Positions 34,277 to 35,837 of a stretch of DNA of 35,837 bases are shown here, piece by piece. The notes beneath the pieces were generated by a model. The model was not told the origin of the DNA and ran no database searches. It saw only the letters and a list, made by a program, of their open reading frames with translations. A program made the translations under genes and the position numbers. The stretch is from a virus (Duplodnaviria > Caudoviricetes): IMG/VR virus record IMGVR_UViG_3300048577_000125, positions 1 through 35,837 of that record, one strand, 5' to 3'. Every line of letters begins with the position of its first letter. Positions within the stretch are counted from its first letter, which is position 1.

Positions 34277-35837
34277 TTACGTGATCAACACCGTACCGTT
34301 ATTGATCTCCAGCCTGCGCACATTAAGAAAATTATCCGTCAGGTACAAATACCGCCAGCCGTGGCTGGAATCCCCCAGGCTCCGCGCCAGCGAATTATTG
34401 GGCCGGAGGTCATAATTCGCGATTCCGTCCACATCCAGCACCAGGTAATGCCCCGTCACCCCCGCCTGCAACGCAATAATATCCGCCGACCCGCTAGTCG
34501 TCAGCCGCATCTCACGCCCCACCGCCCGGTTGGCCATGTGCAGCATCCCCACCGCCCCGCCGCCTGTATCCAGCCAATCCAGGCCAAACTCTGCATTCAC
34601 CACGCTGCCCATATACAGCCCGAACCCGCGGCTGCCATCCAGCCGCGCCGTCCCGCTCGTCGCCGGGAACTGCGCCGTGCCGCCCGTAATCTGCGCCCCG
34701 CTCACCGTCCCCGCCGTCACCAGCGCCCCGCTCACCGTGCCGCCGCTGATCGTGTTCGCCGTCACCGCCACGCCCGTGATCGTGCCGCCCGTGATGCGTG
34801 ACCCCGTCACCGTGCCGCCGCTGATGCTGTTGCCGCTCACCACCGCCCCGCTCACCGTGCCGCCCGTGATGCTGTTCGCCGTCACCGCCACACCCGTAAT
34901 CGTGCCGCCCGTGATGCGCGACCCCGTCACCGTGCCGCCCGTGATGCTGTTGGCCGCCACCGCCACACCCGTGATCGTGCCGCCCGTAATCTGCGCCCCG
35001 TTCACTGTGCCGCCCGTGATGCTGTTGGCCGCCACCGCCACGCCCGTGATCGTGCCGCCCGTGATGCGTGACCCCGTCACCGTGCCGCCCGTCACCGTGC
35101 TCGCACTCACCGCCCCGCTGAACGCGCCATCCGACGCCGTCATCTGTCCCGTCGTCGCATCCAGCGAAAACTTTGTCGCCCCCGTCGGCCCATAGCCAAA
35201 GATACCGGAGGAATCCATCTGCACGCGCGGGTTCGCCGTCCCCGTGCGAATGATCGACGCCGAGTAAACCTCATACACCGTGTTCAGAATCGTGCCCGAA
35301 GAGAACAGCGGCCTGTCCGCCGGGTCGGTCGGCAGCTTGAACGTCACCCCCAGCGTCCCATACCCGATCAGCCCCGTGGCGTCCATCATCACGCCCGGAT
35401 TGCTCGAATTCACCGGGTTCGCCGACGTGCGCACCGTCCCCCCATAGACCAGCGCCCCCGCCACCGTGCCGCCGCTCACCAGCGCCCCCGTCACCGTCCC
35501 GCCCGTGATGCGCCCGCCGCTCACCGTGCCGCCGCTCACCAGCGCCCCAGTGATCGTCCCGCCGTCAATATAATTCCCTGTTACCTGTACACCCGTGATC
35601 GTGCCGCCGCTGATGTTCGAGCCATAAATCGTGCTCGCCGCCACCTGCCCCTGGAAATACCCATTGTCCGTCCAGATGCCCCAGCCGCTCGGCGTCACCG
35701 TCCCCACCGCCGGCAGCCCATCCATCTCGCCCAGCTTCAGCCGCGCCGCCCCCACATCATAGATGTACAGCGCCCCGCGCGGCTCGCTCCCGCTGTCGTC
35801 CAGCCCCACCACCACGCCCGAATGGTAGTTTGGCGTC
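34277..35837 (-). CDS. Large tail tip protein, 3' part with beta-helix-like GGT(V/I)TG repeats
   Basis: Continuation of 1..1794; repeats such as GGTVTGSRITGGTITGVAVAANSIT. Confidence 0.8.
   Translation of the reverse strand, partial: TPNYHSGVVVGLDDSGSEPRGALYIYDVGAARLKLGEMDGLPAVGTVTPSGWGIWTDNGYFQGQVAASTIYGSNISGGTITGVQVTGNYIDGGTITGALVSGGTVSGGRITGGTVTGALVSGGTVAGALVYGGTVRTSANPVNSSNPGVMMDATGLIGYGTLGVTFKLPTDPADRPLFSSGTILNTVYEVYSASIIRTGTANPRVQMDSSGIFGYGPTGATKFSLDATTGQMTASDGAFSGAVSASTVTGGTVTGSRITGGTITGVAVAANSITGGTVNGAQITGGTITGVAVAANSITGGTVTGSRITGGTITGVAVTANSITGGTVSGAVVSGNSISGGTVTGSRITGGTITGVAVTANTISGGTVSGALVTAGTVSGAQITGGTAQFPATSGTARLDGSRGFGLYMGSVVNAEFGLDWLDTGGGAVGMLHMANRAVGREMRLTTSGSADIIALQAGVTGHYLVLDVDGIANYDLRPNNSLARSLGDSSHGWRYLYLTDNFLNVRRLEINNGTVLIT
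35562..35592 (-). other. dif/Xer-like site O (intragenic, tail protein)
   Basis: Minus strand GTGTACAGGTAA-CAGGGAA-TTATATTGACGG; left arm identical to site C. Confidence 0.6.
35711..35837. repeat. Terminal direct repeat (copy of 1-127)
   Basis: Exact match. Confidence 0.95.

Noticed and set aside
34277-35620. Diversity-generating retroelement or invertase shufflon at the tail gene
   Set aside because: No reverse transcriptase, no TR/VR pair with adenine-specific differences, and no inverted alternative C-termini.

Overview
Complete, circularly assembled genome (35,710 bp; bases 1-127 are repeated exactly at 35711-35837) of a GC-rich temperate siphovirus. A Chloroflexota-like host is inferred, not shown. 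The minus strand carries putative holins, terminase, portal, MuF, scaffold, capsid, head-tail and tail genes, with a four-gene glycosyl/formyltransferase block inserted among the virion genes. It also carries an integrase next to an attP formed by the 3' half of tRNA-Val(CAC), and a repressor. The plus strand carries an RHH/Cro-like gene, a second tyrosine recombinase, a ParB-Dam fusion, a nuclease, a C5 methylase, MazG, replication genes and an FtsK plus membrane-protein module. Two interlocking families of dispersed DNA sites stand out. (1) Fourteen dif/Xer-like sites (CWGTACMGNTAA-N6/7-TTATY...CAG), each with a different spacer. Most sit at gene or module boundaries and often supply a stop codon or RBS, which suggests recombinase-delimited gene cassettes. 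(2) Eight identical 22-bp palindromes (TCACTGTCG-TTTC-CGACAGTGA). Four abut the same arm of a dif-like site and one lies inside the ParB gene just after its HTH. There is also a 153-nt tRNA-like RNA in the head region, and a LexA-box-associated promoter antisense to the repressor. Functions come from motif recognition by eye; no searches were run.
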